A DNA stretch of 59,408 bases from Nitrosopumilaceae archaeon. GTDB lineage: Archaea > Thermoproteota > Nitrososphaeria > Nitrososphaerales > Nitrosopumilaceae. The translations under genes were made by a program, and so were the position numbers. The stretch spans positions 1 through 59,408 of the forward strand of contig CBDATR010000022.1 in assembly GCA_965200155.1 (NCBI GenBank), written 5' to 3'. How positions within the stretch are numbered: the first letter of the stretch is position 1; every line of letters starts with the position of its first letter. Below, piece by piece: positions 10,111 to 21,345 of this stretch. Below the pieces are notes generated by a model that saw nothing but the letters and a program-made list of their open reading frames with translations, made no database searches and was not told the DNA's origin.

Positions 10111-11100
10111 GATGGTTACAATGGGACTTGATCAGCAGCCGGGGTTCGTCCTAGTGGTCGTGCCGGGGGTTCTTGGTATGGTCACTGGATCAGCAGCCGG
10201 GGTTCTTGGTATGGTTACCATGGGGCTTGATCAACAACCGAGGATTCTTGATCATGTGATACAGTTACCGGGCTGGACTGATCAACCATATGCCGGGTGT
10301 TCTTGATCATGTGATTACAATGGGACTTGATCAACAGCCGGGGTTCGTCCTAGTGGTCGTGCCGGGTGTTCTTGGTATGGCCACTGGACTTGATCAACAG
10401 CCGTGTGTTCTTGATGTGGTACTGCCACCATGGGACTTGATCAGCAACCAGTGGTTCTTGATCATGTGGTATGACCACTGGACTGATCAAGGATATGACA
10501 GTGTTGAGCGTGTAGGGTGTTCATGTGATATGGTCACTGGATCAGTGGTTCTTGATCATCTGGTATGGCTACTGGATCAACAACCGGGTGTTCATATGAT
10601 ATGATCACCGTGACTGATCAGCCATATGCCGGTGGTTCGTCCTAGTGGTCGTGCCGGGGGTTCTTGGTATGGCCACTGGACTTGATCAACAGCCGTGTGT
10701 TCTTGATGTGGTACTGCCACCATGGGACTTGATCAGCAACCAGTGGTTCTTGATCATGTGGTATGACCACTGGACTGATCAAGGATATGACAGTGTCGAG
10801 CGTGCCGGGTGTTCATGTGATACGGTCACTGGATCAGTGGTTCTTGATCATCTGGTATGGCTACTGGATCAACAGCCGGGTGTTCATATGATATGATCAC
10901 CGTGACTGATCAGCCGTGTGCCGGTGGTTCGTCCTAGTGGTCGTGCCGGGGGTTCTTGGTATGGCCACTGGACTTGATCAACAGCCGTGTGTTCTTCATA
11001 TGATTACCATGGACTTGATCAACAGCCGGGGATTCTTGATCATATGATGCGGCAACTGGACTTGATGATCAACAGCCAGGTGTTCTTGGCACGGTCACCA
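10110..11100 (+). repeat. TGATCA-rich modular satellite array A, includes a 292-bp higher-order repeat
   Basis: Degenerate ~45-50 bp units; GGTTCGTCCTAGTGG at 10342, 10634 and 10926 (period 292). Confidence 0.9.
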
Positions 11101-11530
11101 TCCCATGACCGCCCATTTAAGGGAGCAATAATCGTGCCAGGGGTTCTTATGATATGGCCATCATTCCATCATAAGGGTTACCATTCCATATCTGGGATGG
11201 CCCGGATCCATATCATAATGACAGAGAATTATTCTCGCATGACTGGGAATAGAATCTATCCGGTATCAAAGTTGCGCCCAAATCATTCATCCGATGAAAC
11301 CAACACTGAGCTGGGGCTATTCAGATGACGAGTATGGAGACCGTAAAAAGAACCGCTGGCTACCTTTCACTGGACCTTATTGCGGGATTGCCCTTCTTGC
11401 AGTTGCAATATTCACAAGGCTTGCCTTGGTCTTATCGGTCCCTATAGGGAAGCATTCACATGGTTCCCGCTCATTGAGGCGTGGATTAATCACATTCAAG
11501 CTTTATGTTTCACAATTTTCCCAATATGTT

Positions 11531-11542
11531 AACCCATTAACC
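11531..11542 (+). promoter_or_regulatory. AACCCATTAACC promoter-like motif
   Basis: 23 nt before ATG 11566; the same motif precedes other genes at similar spacing. Confidence 0.65.
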
Positions 11543-11565
11543 TTTCATTGAATCATTACTATAAC

Positions 11566-11931
11566 ATGATACCATTAATCCCTGTAATAGCACTCGCGGC
11601 GGCCATATCTGTTGGCATGATTCTATACGTGACTGGTGCCGCCTTGGAATTACAGGAGTTGAGAAGTGATGCATCTCAAAATACCCAGGAGCGATTACAA
11701 GAACGACTGACCGGTGAGTACGAGGGCAGTCCTACCAACATTAATGATGCTACCATCATATCTGAGTGGACAGAGGATTCTGTAATTACTGGAATCATTA
11801 TAAGGTGTCCGGACGGCTCGTCTGAGACCATACAGATTAATGATGAAAGAGTACCAGGCGGGGGCGCCTGGCAGATAGACCAGACAATACAGGATGATAT
11901 GCAGGATGCCGCGGGAAGGTGCCCGCCATGA
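11566..11931 (+). CDS. Membrane-anchored pilin-like/hypothetical protein
   Basis: Hydrophobic N-terminal helix; first gene of a four-gene overlapping operon; ATG 11566 preferred over TTG 11548. Confidence 0.6.
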   Translation: MIPLIPVIALAAAISVGMILYVTGAALELQELRSDASQNTQERLQERLTGEYEGSPTNINDATIISEWTEDSVITGIIIRCPDGSSETIQINDERVPGGGAWQIDQTIQDDMQDAAGRCPP

Positions 11932-14900
11932 GGCTTGCATATATCGTTCTAATCATGGTTCTAATGGTACCGGCTGCATACTCACAAGTGGACACAAGCC
12001 AGTATGACATTCACATACCGGACATGATGATTCGCGGTGAGAGTTACCAGGGTGTAATAATATCAGAAACACCTGCCGAGTATGATATAATATTCCGTTT
12101 CGGTGCAGGTGGCGGCGATGTCATACTGCCTGAAACCGTTACGCTATACTCTGGGAGTAACCACGCAATTTTTGATATTTTACCGGTGGATTCCACCATT
12201 CTAACGGGAAAAATCTCCACCATTATCACTGTTATCACACCGGACGGGAACATACACGAGATACCTGTCGAGACGCATCCTGGTGTGGGAACAGTCTCCC
12301 GTTTGTGGATTGTAGGCCCCGGCGAGAACGGCGCCACATGCAAGGAACCGGCCGATACCACATCAGCCGCTATATCTAATCGTGCCGCGGAAGGGATATT
12401 TGAGACACCAAATCCAAACAAAGAGATAAGGACCAACCTCTCTGAGACCACCATCCACCTATTCCTGGCTGACCGCTACTGCACGCCTGTGACTGCCCCG
12501 CCCGGCGGCATTACATTCATGGTATCATCGAATAGCCCCAACTTAACATTCGGCGATGACTCTACCCATGTCCGTGGACTAATCCCGGAAGGGTTCAGTA
12601 CTGGAATCATTGATGTCTCTGTGAGTGGGGACGGAATACTATACGCAACTGGGGATGGTGTAAGTCCGGATTCCATCAGCATATCAAGTGAGCCGGTTGA
12701 CGTGGAGATACACCTTGGCATAGGGCCGGAACAGTCCATGGAGTCATCATTTGTGAACTGGTTCGTCTGGATTACCAGGGACGGCGAGCAGTACGTGCCT
12801 GATTACCCTATTCCGCTCTACCTTACTACTAATAACCCGGTACTGTCTAGCTTTGATCGCTACCTCATTGACTCCACAAGCCCGACATTTGAGATAAGAC
12901 CACACAAGACATACCTGGTCCATGGAGTGGCATCCGGTGTCCTGCACGTAGGGACACCAGCTAGAGTGGGCGACTTGCGTGTACTTGCCGGAGATAGAGA
13001 GATAACCGTTACGGCCCATATCCCCGGCGTCGGAACGGCTACTGACACATTCCAGGTAGGAATACCCGGCCAGGTGGACAACGAGATTAACATCGATGTT
13101 GCAGGCATAGAGAGGTGCATGGAGGAGGAGGCAACGCTTCCGGACGGGTTCTACTCTCATTCTTGTACTAATATGTGGGAGAGCTTACTGATAGCCAGTC
13201 ACTTCTTTGATATCAGTGACGGAGTGGGCCAGAGCTCATATCTTGATAATGCTCAAGAGACCACCGCGTTCTTGGATGGTATATTCGGCGGCGACAACAC
13301 AGAGAGAGGCAAGGCACTATTCGATTTAGTGAATAATATCAACGAATATTCAATCACAGGTGATATAGGTGCAGGAATATCTGATGAAATAACGAATCTA
13401 TTCTCCCAGTATTTACAGACGTCTAATGTCAGTGTGGAAAGGGACTCGGGCCTTGGTGTTACATCAGAACAACTGGAACGACTCCCGGATGAAATATTGC
13501 CCAATGAGGTAGTCGTGGAGGCGTTCCCTGGAAAGGTCGGTACCTATCACTTAGTGGTATCAACCAGGTATAATGGTGGCGGGTTCAATGTTCCTACGTA
13601 TATTCCTGATGGTATCATTACACTGACGAGTTTCGGGTTAGAGCATGAGCCGGAAGTTCGCACATATGGCTCCAATGAAAGATTCGAGGCGCCCGGTACC
13701 AGACCTGCATCTGTTGTCATTCCAGTTATTATAACATACGAGGACGGTGGCCAGGTAACTGCATCATTGGGCGGTGTCGGTGGCAATACCATCATGATAG
13801 AGAATATCACGCCAGACAGTAAGAAACGGTTACATGTATCACCATTGCCCGGTTCCGGCCAGCGTGATTTAATCGCCATTCTAAGCGTGGTGGACTCGGA
13901 CGGGATGGTAGTGAACCACACCGGTGATATATTCGTGGAAGCGGGCAAGGGTGCCTCTGATGTAGCACTGACCGGTTGGCGCGGCGGGGGCGGCATGATT
14001 CGGGGCAGTGTGGACGGTGTCGGCGAGATAATCATACATGCGCCAGGACTTGGAGGCGGGACTGCTTTAACCACACCCGTAAGACACGAGACGGACATGT
14101 ACGTGTGGTATCCGGGAATGGTCCATGTAGCGGAAGAGTTCCCCTTGGTGGCCCATGCACTAGACTCGGATGGCCTGCCCATCCGGCCAATACAGGTAAC
14201 AGTGGCCGGTCAGGTGCAACAGTCCGGTTATGGCTTGGAGTTGTCCGCGGCAGGTAAAGTCCCCGTTATAGTAGAGTATGAGGGCATATTCCACGCAGGA
14301 GTGATAAATGGCTTTTTGAATACGGCCGACATTCGGGTCGATACTGCATTTGGCCGGTTAGTGCAGCTCAATGATACTATCATAATAGAGGTAGATACAG
14401 GAGTGATGCAGAATCCCAGGGTAACTGTCAGTGGTGGGGACTTGTTATTCAGCGGGGAGCGTGAAAGATGGGTCGCCCTAGCTGATAAGGCGGGCCCACA
14501 TACCATTGACATAACTGTGAACCAGCCGGGCTGGGAGCCATATAATGATGAAGTGGTCTTGCGCGTAACCCGCTTGTTCGATATTGACTATAACGCCATC
14601 ACTTCCCAGGGTGTCCGGGTAGTAGCGGACGCCAAGATATGCGGTGAAATGGTAAGGCCGGGAGTAATTCATTCCATGGAGAGGAATCTGTGCGAGGTAA
14701 CGGTCCCGGAATCAATGACCTTTGAGGGCATAAGCCATGAATTGGTATCATTGACAATAGACGGCGTTCCCGTACAGTCAGGTCTCATTCACGACTTTGA
14801 TGATAATACCGGTATAGTAGCAATGTATGAGGGAGTGATTCGGGTGGAGGCATTTGCCAGCTACTCTGATGGTACGGAAGAGGAGTTACTACTCAGGACG

Positions 14901-15173
14901 TATGCGCCAGATGATATTGTAACCATTCCAGTCGAGTCACAATATGACTACTTTGGACTTGTCTGGGACAGGCCCGATAAATGGGAGGGACTGCCGCCAG
15001 ACGCTATTACATATGATGGCAGAGTCCAGTGGTCAGCTTCTGAGGACGCCTTCATTACCATTCGATATGCACAGGATTTAACCTATGTTATAATACTTGG
15101 CGCGGCCGGACTGTCAGCGCCGGTCATTATACTGATGCGTGAGAAGATACCATTCCTGAGGTCGTTGCGATGA
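11919..15173 (+). CDS. Large acidic surface protein with signal peptide and C-terminal membrane anchor
   Basis: 1084 aa, beta-rich composition, N-terminal signal, C-terminal hydrophobic helix. Confidence 0.75.
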   Translation: MPAMRLAYIVLIMVLMVPAAYSQVDTSQYDIHIPDMMIRGESYQGVIISETPAEYDIIFRFGAGGGDVILPETVTLYSGSNHAIFDILPVDSTILTGKISTIITVITPDGNIHEIPVETHPGVGTVSRLWIVGPGENGATCKEPADTTSAAISNRAAEGIFETPNPNKEIRTNLSETTIHLFLADRYCTPVTAPPGGITFMVSSNSPNLTFGDDSTHVRGLIPEGFSTGIIDVSVSGDGILYATGDGVSPDSISISSEPVDVEIHLGIGPEQSMESSFVNWFVWITRDGEQYVPDYPIPLYLTTNNPVLSSFDRYLIDSTSPTFEIRPHKTYLVHGVASGVLHVGTPARVGDLRVLAGDREITVTAHIPGVGTATDTFQVGIPGQVDNEINIDVAGIERCMEEEATLPDGFYSHSCTNMWESLLIASHFFDISDGVGQSSYLDNAQETTAFLDGIFGGDNTERGKALFDLVNNINEYSITGDIGAGISDEITNLFSQYLQTSNVSVERDSGLGVTSEQLERLPDEILPNEVVVEAFPGKVGTYHLVVSTRYNGGGFNVPTYIPDGIITLTSFGLEHEPEVRTYGSNERFEAPGTRPASVVIPVIITYEDGGQVTASLGGVGGNTIMIENITPDSKKRLHVSPLPGSGQRDLIAILSVVDSDGMVVNHTGDIFVEAGKGASDVALTGWRGGGGMIRGSVDGVGEIIIHAPGLGGGTALTTPVRHETDMYVWYPGMVHVAEEFPLVAHALDSDGLPIRPIQVTVAGQVQQSGYGLELSAAGKVPVIVEYEGIFHAGVINGFLNTADIRVDTAFGRLVQLNDTIIIEVDTGVMQNPRVTVSGGDLLFSGERERWVALADKAGPHTIDITVNQPGWEPYNDEVVLRVTRLFDIDYNAITSQGVRVVADAKICGEMVRPGVIHSMERNLCEVTVPESMTFEGISHELVSLTIDGVPVQSGLIHDFDDNTGIVAMYEGVIRVEAFASYSDGTEEELLLRTYAPDDIVTIPVESQYDYFGLVWDRPDKWEGLPPDAITYDGRVQWSASEDAFITIRYAQDLTYVIILGAAGLSAPVIILMREKIPFLRSLR

Positions 15174-16942
15174 ATGTTATCCTACTTGTACTAATGGCGG
15201 CGTTAGCAGTTATGGTTACAGGTGTTGCCACTGCACAGCCATATCATATCATGACCAATTCGCCGGTCATGATTACAGGTGCCGGAACAGAGGTCGTTCT
15301 GGTATTTGGGGAGGCCCCTGACGCTCAGTGGGTGAATATCATTCTAAATAACGAGACACACCGCTCACAAGTACGTGATGGATCATTTCATGTTACCATG
15401 AAACCGCCCGCTCCCGGAATCTATGATGTGACTGGTACATGGTCGGCGATAAATACTGACCCGAGACCGGGCGGTGTCATGAAGACTACCGGCCACTTAG
15501 TGGATGGTATTCTTACCGTTCTAGGCCGGGGCTTTGATTATCTCCCTGGCGGTACCATAACAATCATGGAGGGCGCCTTTGATGATTGTAGTGATTCTTG
15601 TATACAATCAGATGTGGTGCAGGCCGGCGATTATGTCATTATAACGAATGCAGACGTAGAGAGGCACCAGTTCCGGACTAATGACCACCTAGCGGTTGAG
15701 TCAACGGGGAATCTTGATCCCGGCGAGACAGTCCGGCTACCATTCCATAACCAGGGAATAGCAACTTATACTTGCATTTATCATCCGTGGCTACAATTCA
15801 CCATTGAGTCCACCGGTGAGTACACACCAGAAGTAAGGGATGGCGCCATATTGCTAAAAGTCCCAGACTATGCAGAGGATATTGTAAAAATAGGCATCAC
15901 CCATACTGGTATGGCCCCCTCGGCTCATGTCATTCTAATACAGTCCGGGCAGGTATTGGAGGCCGGTGTTGCCCCTCTGAATAATGGAAGGGGGATATTC
16001 GCCGCGGATTCATTGGAGTGGAGCGTTGGGCAGGTTATCATATCAGTGTCGGCGGGAAATGACCATGCAACTGACACCATATCAGTTAGGCCACCACCGG
16101 GTGCCGTGGAACGTTCAGGAAGGATAACCGGCTATTCCGAACATGACGGCATCTTGATCAATGACATGGTTGCAAGGCCAGCTGGGATTATTCCCCTGAA
16201 TGCAGCCCAGCAGGCAACCCGCGATATCTGTATTCTAGGGAAGGAGGCGTTATTCCGCGGTGACATGGGACTGGCGCCCCGAGGCTCCCATTACACGGAA
16301 GGAACGGTATGGTGTGATGGTGTCAATCTTGGGATATACCTGCTGGAATCCGGTTTCGCCATTACCGACCCCACACAGTGTCCTGTTACCCATTCCCAGT
16401 GGTTAATACCATACTGTAATCCTGAACTAGTACCAGTCCCAAAAAGACCAATGGATAAGGAGCCGGTCATGATAGTTGAGCCTATAGAGCAGGAGGTTCC
16501 TGAGCCGGATATGATTCTAGAGCAGCCGGATATGATTCTAGAGCAGCCGGATATGATTCTAGAGCAGCCGGATATGACTCTAGAACCGGAAGATGCACCA
16601 CCTGCCATGCCTGATACTGTTGGAATAATCGAGCCCAGTATACCAGAAGAGACATGTGATCAGTCATGTCCGTGTCCGGATGGTTTCATTAGTGGAGTAG
16701 GGCGGTGTGACACGCCCATACAAGAAGAGGTAAGTGATGTCCGGGAGGGAGTAGTTGATATCCTGGTGCCTGGGCCGACGAAAATGCTGGGATCTGTAGG
16801 GGTAAGTGATGTCCGGGAGGGAGTAGTTGATATCCTGGGTGACTTCTTTGAGTGGATTATTCAGCTATTCAGTGAACTGTTTGTGGTAATGTCGGACTTT
16901 TTTGGAGGGCTGATCAGCATTGACGTTAATTGGCAAAGATAA
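15170..16942 (+). CDS. Secreted multidomain protein: cupredoxin domain + thermonuclease(SNase)-like domain + acidic repeats
   Basis: H...YTCIYHPWL copper-site motif; VWCDGVNLGIYLLESGFA resembles the SNase C-terminus; EQPDMIL repeats. Confidence 0.65.
   Translation: MNVILLVLMAALAVMVTGVATAQPYHIMTNSPVMITGAGTEVVLVFGEAPDAQWVNIILNNETHRSQVRDGSFHVTMKPPAPGIYDVTGTWSAINTDPRPGGVMKTTGHLVDGILTVLGRGFDYLPGGTITIMEGAFDDCSDSCIQSDVVQAGDYVIITNADVERHQFRTNDHLAVESTGNLDPGETVRLPFHNQGIATYTCIYHPWLQFTIESTGEYTPEVRDGAILLKVPDYAEDIVKIGITHTGMAPSAHVILIQSGQVLEAGVAPLNNGRGIFAADSLEWSVGQVIISVSAGNDHATDTISVRPPPGAVERSGRITGYSEHDGILINDMVARPAGIIPLNAAQQATRDICILGKEALFRGDMGLAPRGSHYTEGTVWCDGVNLGIYLLESGFAITDPTQCPVTHSQWLIPYCNPELVPVPKRPMDKEPVMIVEPIEQEVPEPDMILEQPDMILEQPDMILEQPDMTLEPEDAPPAMPDTVGIIEPSIPEETCDQSCPCPDGFISGVGRCDTPIQEEVSDVREGVVDILVPGPTKMLGSVGVSDVREGVVDILGDFFEWIIQLFSELFVVMSDFFGGLISIDVNWQR
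16502..16588 (+). repeat. 21-bp coding tandem repeat, ~4 units (EQPDMIL)
   Basis: GAGCAGCCGGATATGATTCTA units; also a ~38-bp direct repeat at 16729 and 16801 (VSDVREGVVDIL). Confidence 0.9.
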
Positions 16943-18815
16943 ACGATTAATAGTATATGTCACTCTATGCGTGATTGGCTGGGCGGGAGCCATTCTAGGT
17001 GACGGTACGCCACAGTGGTTGTTACTGGTGTTCATTTTGATGGCGGCCGGCGTTCTCATTCTATTATACCCGTATATGAGCGATAAGCGAACGGCTACAC
17101 ATGTTCAGGACTTGAAGCAGGACTATTTTACGGCCTTCTGGTTATGGGTCGAGAGGTACATTCACCGCCTAAGACATTTGAGGGAGTCATATGCGACATA
17201 CTTGAGAAAGATTGGCTCCGGTCTGCTCTATGATTATGATACCCATGCAGGCAGGGCCCTGTACTTGTCATTATCATTAATGCCGTTTACATCCATTCCA
17301 GTGATAACCGGCGAAATCATGACTATAGTAGTAGTAGCAGCTGCTCCCATCATTCTAGTCTATCCTATAATTCAACTATGGGAGAGGAGAAAGAAGCACG
17401 CGGTTCAAGTCGAGGAAGAGATGTCCTTCTTCATGTGTTATTTAACAACAATGCAGGGGGTCGGGTATACACTGTATACGGCGCTAGAGAGAATGCGGGA
17501 CGCGCCAGACGTCTTTATTGCACTGAGTCGTGATGCTGCATCAGTCGCCCAGAATGTCATGTTAGGGACATCACACATGGATGCCTTGAGGCAGTATGCC
17601 AGCAAGCATCCTGTTCCGGCCTTTAAGGATTTCCTGCATGGTTACATAAGTAAGCATGAGACTGTGGGTCCTGTTCCCTCATATACTGAAGCCAAATCCG
17701 AGCAGTTCTTTGAGTCATATAAGAATGCGTGGGTAAATTACAAGAATACCGCAATCATGTTAGCAGCAATGGCAGTCATGGCGTCAGTAATGATACCGGT
17801 CATGATGGTCATGATGGTATTCATCGCGCCGGATGCTACCGTCAACCTGTTACTGACCATGGGACCTATGCTGGGGCCGATATTTGCTATTCTCATTCTT
17901 TTCATGGTGGGTAGTGCCCAGCCCAGTACCGGTGTAAAAATGAAGCCTTGGTTACCATCGCTGGGTGTTGGTATGGCTGTTGTCATTATAGTACACATGT
18001 ACTGGGTCACGTATATCACTCCCGGTGGTGACATTTGGGATACAGAGCCTGGTGTAACTGTGTCCCTGGGTTTCATAGCTGCAGGACTCAGTAATTATAT
18101 AATGACCAGAAAGCAGATAACCGGCGCCTCAACTGTAGACAGAGGCTTGCCGGAATTCCTGGAAGACATTTACGAGCAGACACTGGCCGGTTCTGCCATC
18201 AGCAGTATTATTCGCCAGCAGGGGCGGGGTGGCCTGTATACTGGTGTATTTGGCAGGCTGTTACGGGGTATAGTAGCACAACTAGAGATGGGTATAACCA
18301 TGGAGGAAGCTTGCAGGGATGCGCGAAAATATAGTAGGCACCTAGCTTTCGTCCTGTTTGTAATAATACGGCTACAAGAGTTAGGTAGTACCACCCACAC
18401 GCCGGGTGTTCTACAGCAGATGACCCGCTTCATGAGTAATGTGGTTCTGGTAAAAATGGACGTCATAAAATCACTCAGGATGGGAGCCATAATGGTGTAT
18501 ATCTCACCTATTCTACTACTTGGAATAATGAATGGTATGTTCCTGGTATTCGCGTCTGGCGTGGACGACACTAATACATTGATGAATATACTGCCACCGG
18601 GAACGATGGAGGGATTCAGCCCGCCAAGTCCTGATTCCGGTTACAGGGAAAGACTGGGATTACTTGCAGCACTGCTAACATGCCCCATGGGACTGGCGGC
18701 CGCCAAGATTACCCGGTTCACGGCTGTTTACACCATTCCTGTGGTGATAGTCGCGACTGTTAACTTACTGGGAATAATTCTCATACCTATAGTGATAGAG
18801 GCGCTACCTGTGTGA
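16920..18815 (+). CDS. Type IV pilus/T2SS F-family membrane platform protein (TadB/TadC, ArlJ-like)
   Basis: Two T2SSF-like cytoplasmic repeats (EEEMSFF..G.TLYTALE; DRGLPEFL..G.TMEEA) between TM bundles. Confidence 0.8.
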   Translation: MTLIGKDKRLIVYVTLCVIGWAGAILGDGTPQWLLLVFILMAAGVLILLYPYMSDKRTATHVQDLKQDYFTAFWLWVERYIHRLRHLRESYATYLRKIGSGLLYDYDTHAGRALYLSLSLMPFTSIPVITGEIMTIVVVAAAPIILVYPIIQLWERRKKHAVQVEEEMSFFMCYLTTMQGVGYTLYTALERMRDAPDVFIALSRDAASVAQNVMLGTSHMDALRQYASKHPVPAFKDFLHGYISKHETVGPVPSYTEAKSEQFFESYKNAWVNYKNTAIMLAAMAVMASVMIPVMMVMMVFIAPDATVNLLLTMGPMLGPIFAILILFMVGSAQPSTGVKMKPWLPSLGVGMAVVIIVHMYWVTYITPGGDIWDTEPGVTVSLGFIAAGLSNYIMTRKQITGASTVDRGLPEFLEDIYEQTLAGSAISSIIRQQGRGGLYTGVFGRLLRGIVAQLEMGITMEEACRDARKYSRHLAFVLFVIIRLQELGSTTHTPGVLQQMTRFMSNVVLVKMDVIKSLRMGAIMVYISPILLLGIMNGMFLVFASGVDDTNTLMNILPPGTMEGFSPPSPDSGYRERLGLLAALLTCPMGLAAAKITRFTAVYTIPVVIVATVNLLGIILIPIVIEALPV

Positions 18816-18916
18816 GAGTACCAATTGGACATTCATGTATCAATGGAGTGGCGCTCGTGACCTTTTTAAATTACCGAATCAATGCATATATATAGTATTG
18901 TTGTATATACAATACA

Positions 18917-19087
18917 ATGGCGACAGCAAGATACTCTGGGGCATTTAACATGACCATTAAAGAGTATGATATAATGAACAAATTGGTGGATGCAAAGAAG
19001 ATACGGTCACGCAACGCGTTTCATCTTGAAATGATACGCAGGTATGGTCCGGCCATACTAGAAGGGAGAGAACCACCAGTCCAATAG
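18917..19087 (+). CDS. Small ribbon-helix-helix-like DNA-binding protein
   Basis: 56 aa, ...MNKLVDAKKIRSRNAFHLEMIRRYG; paralog at 51115-51279. Confidence 0.55.
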   Translation: MATARYSGAFNMTIKEYDIMNKLVDAKKIRSRNAFHLEMIRRYGPAILEGREPPVQ

Positions 19088-19097
19088 AGAACTATTT

Positions 19098-19189
19098 GTA
19101 TGAGTTCACCTGTGTCTAAATTTACGCATAACTGATCGCGACAGTTAATGTGATTTGTGCATAAGATTCCGGAAGACGTGAACTCATAC
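19098..19189 (-). mobile_element. MITE copy 8
   Basis: Perfect TSD AACTATTT. Confidence 0.93.
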
Positions 19190-19217
19190 AACTATTTTTT
19201 TTAAATGAGTTCTCTGG

Positions 19218-19249
19218 ATTTCCGCAGCCTAGCGGGGCCCCATTGAAGC
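19218..19249 (+). repeat. Solitary CRISPR-repeat-like unit, copy b
   Basis: ATTTCCGCAGCCTAGCGGGGCCCCATTGAAGC. Confidence 0.6.
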
Positions 19250-19404
19250 GCTGGAATGGCTTGCCACCATTAGACCATATGCGCAGAATCACTGTGTGTG
19301 AGAGCGGCTAAAGAACACACACGCCAAACGTGAACAGATATGATAGAATGTATGGATTCATCACATGTTGTTCTAATACAAAGTAATACTACTATTATAA
19401 TAGT

Positions 19405-19919
19405 ATGAAAAGAACAGAAGTTGCACTCATGGTGGGGAACAAGACCATTACGAAGAAGCAAGCAGAGAGTCATGTTTGCGAGGACATTGATGGATAAGAG
19501 CGGCAAGTTTGTCGTGAGAGCGTTTCCCGGTATCCCAACGGATGATATTTGTGATCAAGAACGCTCAGTGGATTGCAGGCACTATGCGGCCAAAAGAGGC
19601 AGTTTCCAATCTCAAACCCTAGTCAGTTCAATGGGTTATTGAACGGACTCATGAATTGGCTAGATAGGTGCAAAACCGTTACAGGTGTCCGTGAAAAGAT
19701 TCAGTGGAGGGCGCTGGGGAGACTGTAACTGGGCGAATGAAATACGCTATGATGATTGTTAAGGGCTCCCAAGGAGGTTATAGAATCCACCATCATTCAT
19801 GAATTATGTCATATCGTATATCAGAACAATTCTGGGCACTAGTTCACAAGCATTACCCGAACTATGACGAGAGCGAGAAGTGGCTGAGGGCAAATGCCCA
19901 AGGAATACTCCAATACTAG
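19405..19919 (+). pseudogene. YgjP/DUF45-like zinc metallohydrolase, frameshifted
   Basis: RWGDCN and IIHELCHI motifs across frames; inverted paralog at 54667-55178. Confidence 0.7.
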
Positions 19920-19934
19920 AATTATTTGTTAATG

Positions 19935-21040
19935 GTGAACAAGAACCCCCGGTTGCTGATCAGTGACTGTCATATCCTTGATCAGTCCAGTGACCATAAC
20001 AAGAACCCCCGGTTGATCAGTCCGGTGACCGCATCACATGATCAAGAACCCATGGCACGGCCGCTATGACGAACCCCCGATTGATCAGTCCAGTGGCAAC
20101 CATGTGAAGAACCCCAGTGTTGATCCAGTCCGGTGACCGCATCACATGATCAAGAACCCATGGCACGGCCGCTATGACGAACTCCCGGTTGCTGATCAGT
20201 CCAGTGGCAACCATGTGAAGAACCCCAGTGCTGATCCAGCCCAGTGACCGCATCATATGATCAAGAACCCCCGGCTGCTGATCAAGCCCCATGGTGACCA
20301 TGCCACATGATCAAGAACGCCGGCACGCTCAACAGTGACTGTCATATCCTTGATCAGTCCAGCCCAGTGGTCATACCAAGAACACCCGGCTGTTGATCAG
20401 CCTCATAAATGGTGACCGCATCATATGATCAAGAACCCCGGCATATGGCTGATCAGCTCAGTTGTCACACCACATGATCAAGAACACATCCGGCATATGG
20501 CTGATCAAGTCCCATGGTAATCATACCAAGAACACCCGGCACGCATGAATGATTCACATGCATCAGCGGCCCTAGCTTGGTGGCCGTACCAAGACCCGCG
20601 GCTGTTGATCAGTCCGGTGAACCCCCCGGCTGCTGATCAAGCCCCATGGTGACCATGCCACATGATCAAGAACCCACGATAGCTGATCAGCCCAGTTGCC
20701 GCATCATATGATCAAGAACCCCCGGCACGATCACTAGGACGAACCCCCCGGCTGCTGATCAGCCCCTTGATAACCGCATCATATGATCAAGAATCCCCGA
20801 CACATGGCTGATCAGTCCGGTGACCATACCACATGATCAAGAACTCTCAGCACGCATGAATGATTCACATGCATCAGCGACTCTGGCTTGGTAACCATAC
20901 CAAGAACCGCTGGCACATGGCTGATCAGCCCCATGGTGGCCATACCAAGAACCCCCGGCTGCTGATCAAGTCCAGCCCGGTGACCATACCACATGAACCC
21001 CCAACCGCTGATCAAGCACCCATGGCGGTCATGAGCAAGC
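19935..21040 (-). repeat. TGATCA-rich modular satellite array B
   Basis: Unit GAACCCCCGGCTGCTGATCAAGCCCCATGGTGACCATGCCACATGATCAA near 20265 and 20620, with many variants. Confidence 0.9.
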
Positions 21041-21158
21041 CATTCCAGGAGTGGTAATAGACAGGCATGGGACTCACGGGTCCTTCAGGTGAATAGGTTA
21101 CTATTAGAGCAAGTTAATTTCACTGGAAATCACTCCAGCCCATGACCTGCCTTTTAAG
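21040..21158 (-). other. Conserved leader of array B
   Basis: Reverse-complement homolog of 9974-10090. Confidence 0.8.
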
Positions 21159-21345
21159 GGGGGAATAATTCCATGGCCGTACCGGAAGTTTTGCCTATAT
21201 TCGGGCGGCACGGTTATACCACTGGGCGCTGTTATGCAGTCCCGTGGAATGAAGTGTAACGTGGTCTTTCAGGCCGGTAACAGAATGGTGAAAACATGCA
21301 TTCAATACCGTACATTAATATCAATATAGAAACAGGACGGTAATA

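Noticed and set aside
10112-11328. Short ORFs in the TGATCA arrays (also 20017-21057 and 46616-47251)
   Set aside because: Units change frame constantly; the ORFs are by-products of the repeats
12044-18571. Many antisense or overlapping ORFs inside long genes (also 31745-41452 and 43391-44419)
   Set aside because: Shadow frames of well-supported genes
19935-21040. TGATCA arrays as CRISPR arrays
   Set aside because: No invariant repeat with unique spacers; the same modules recur within and between arrays
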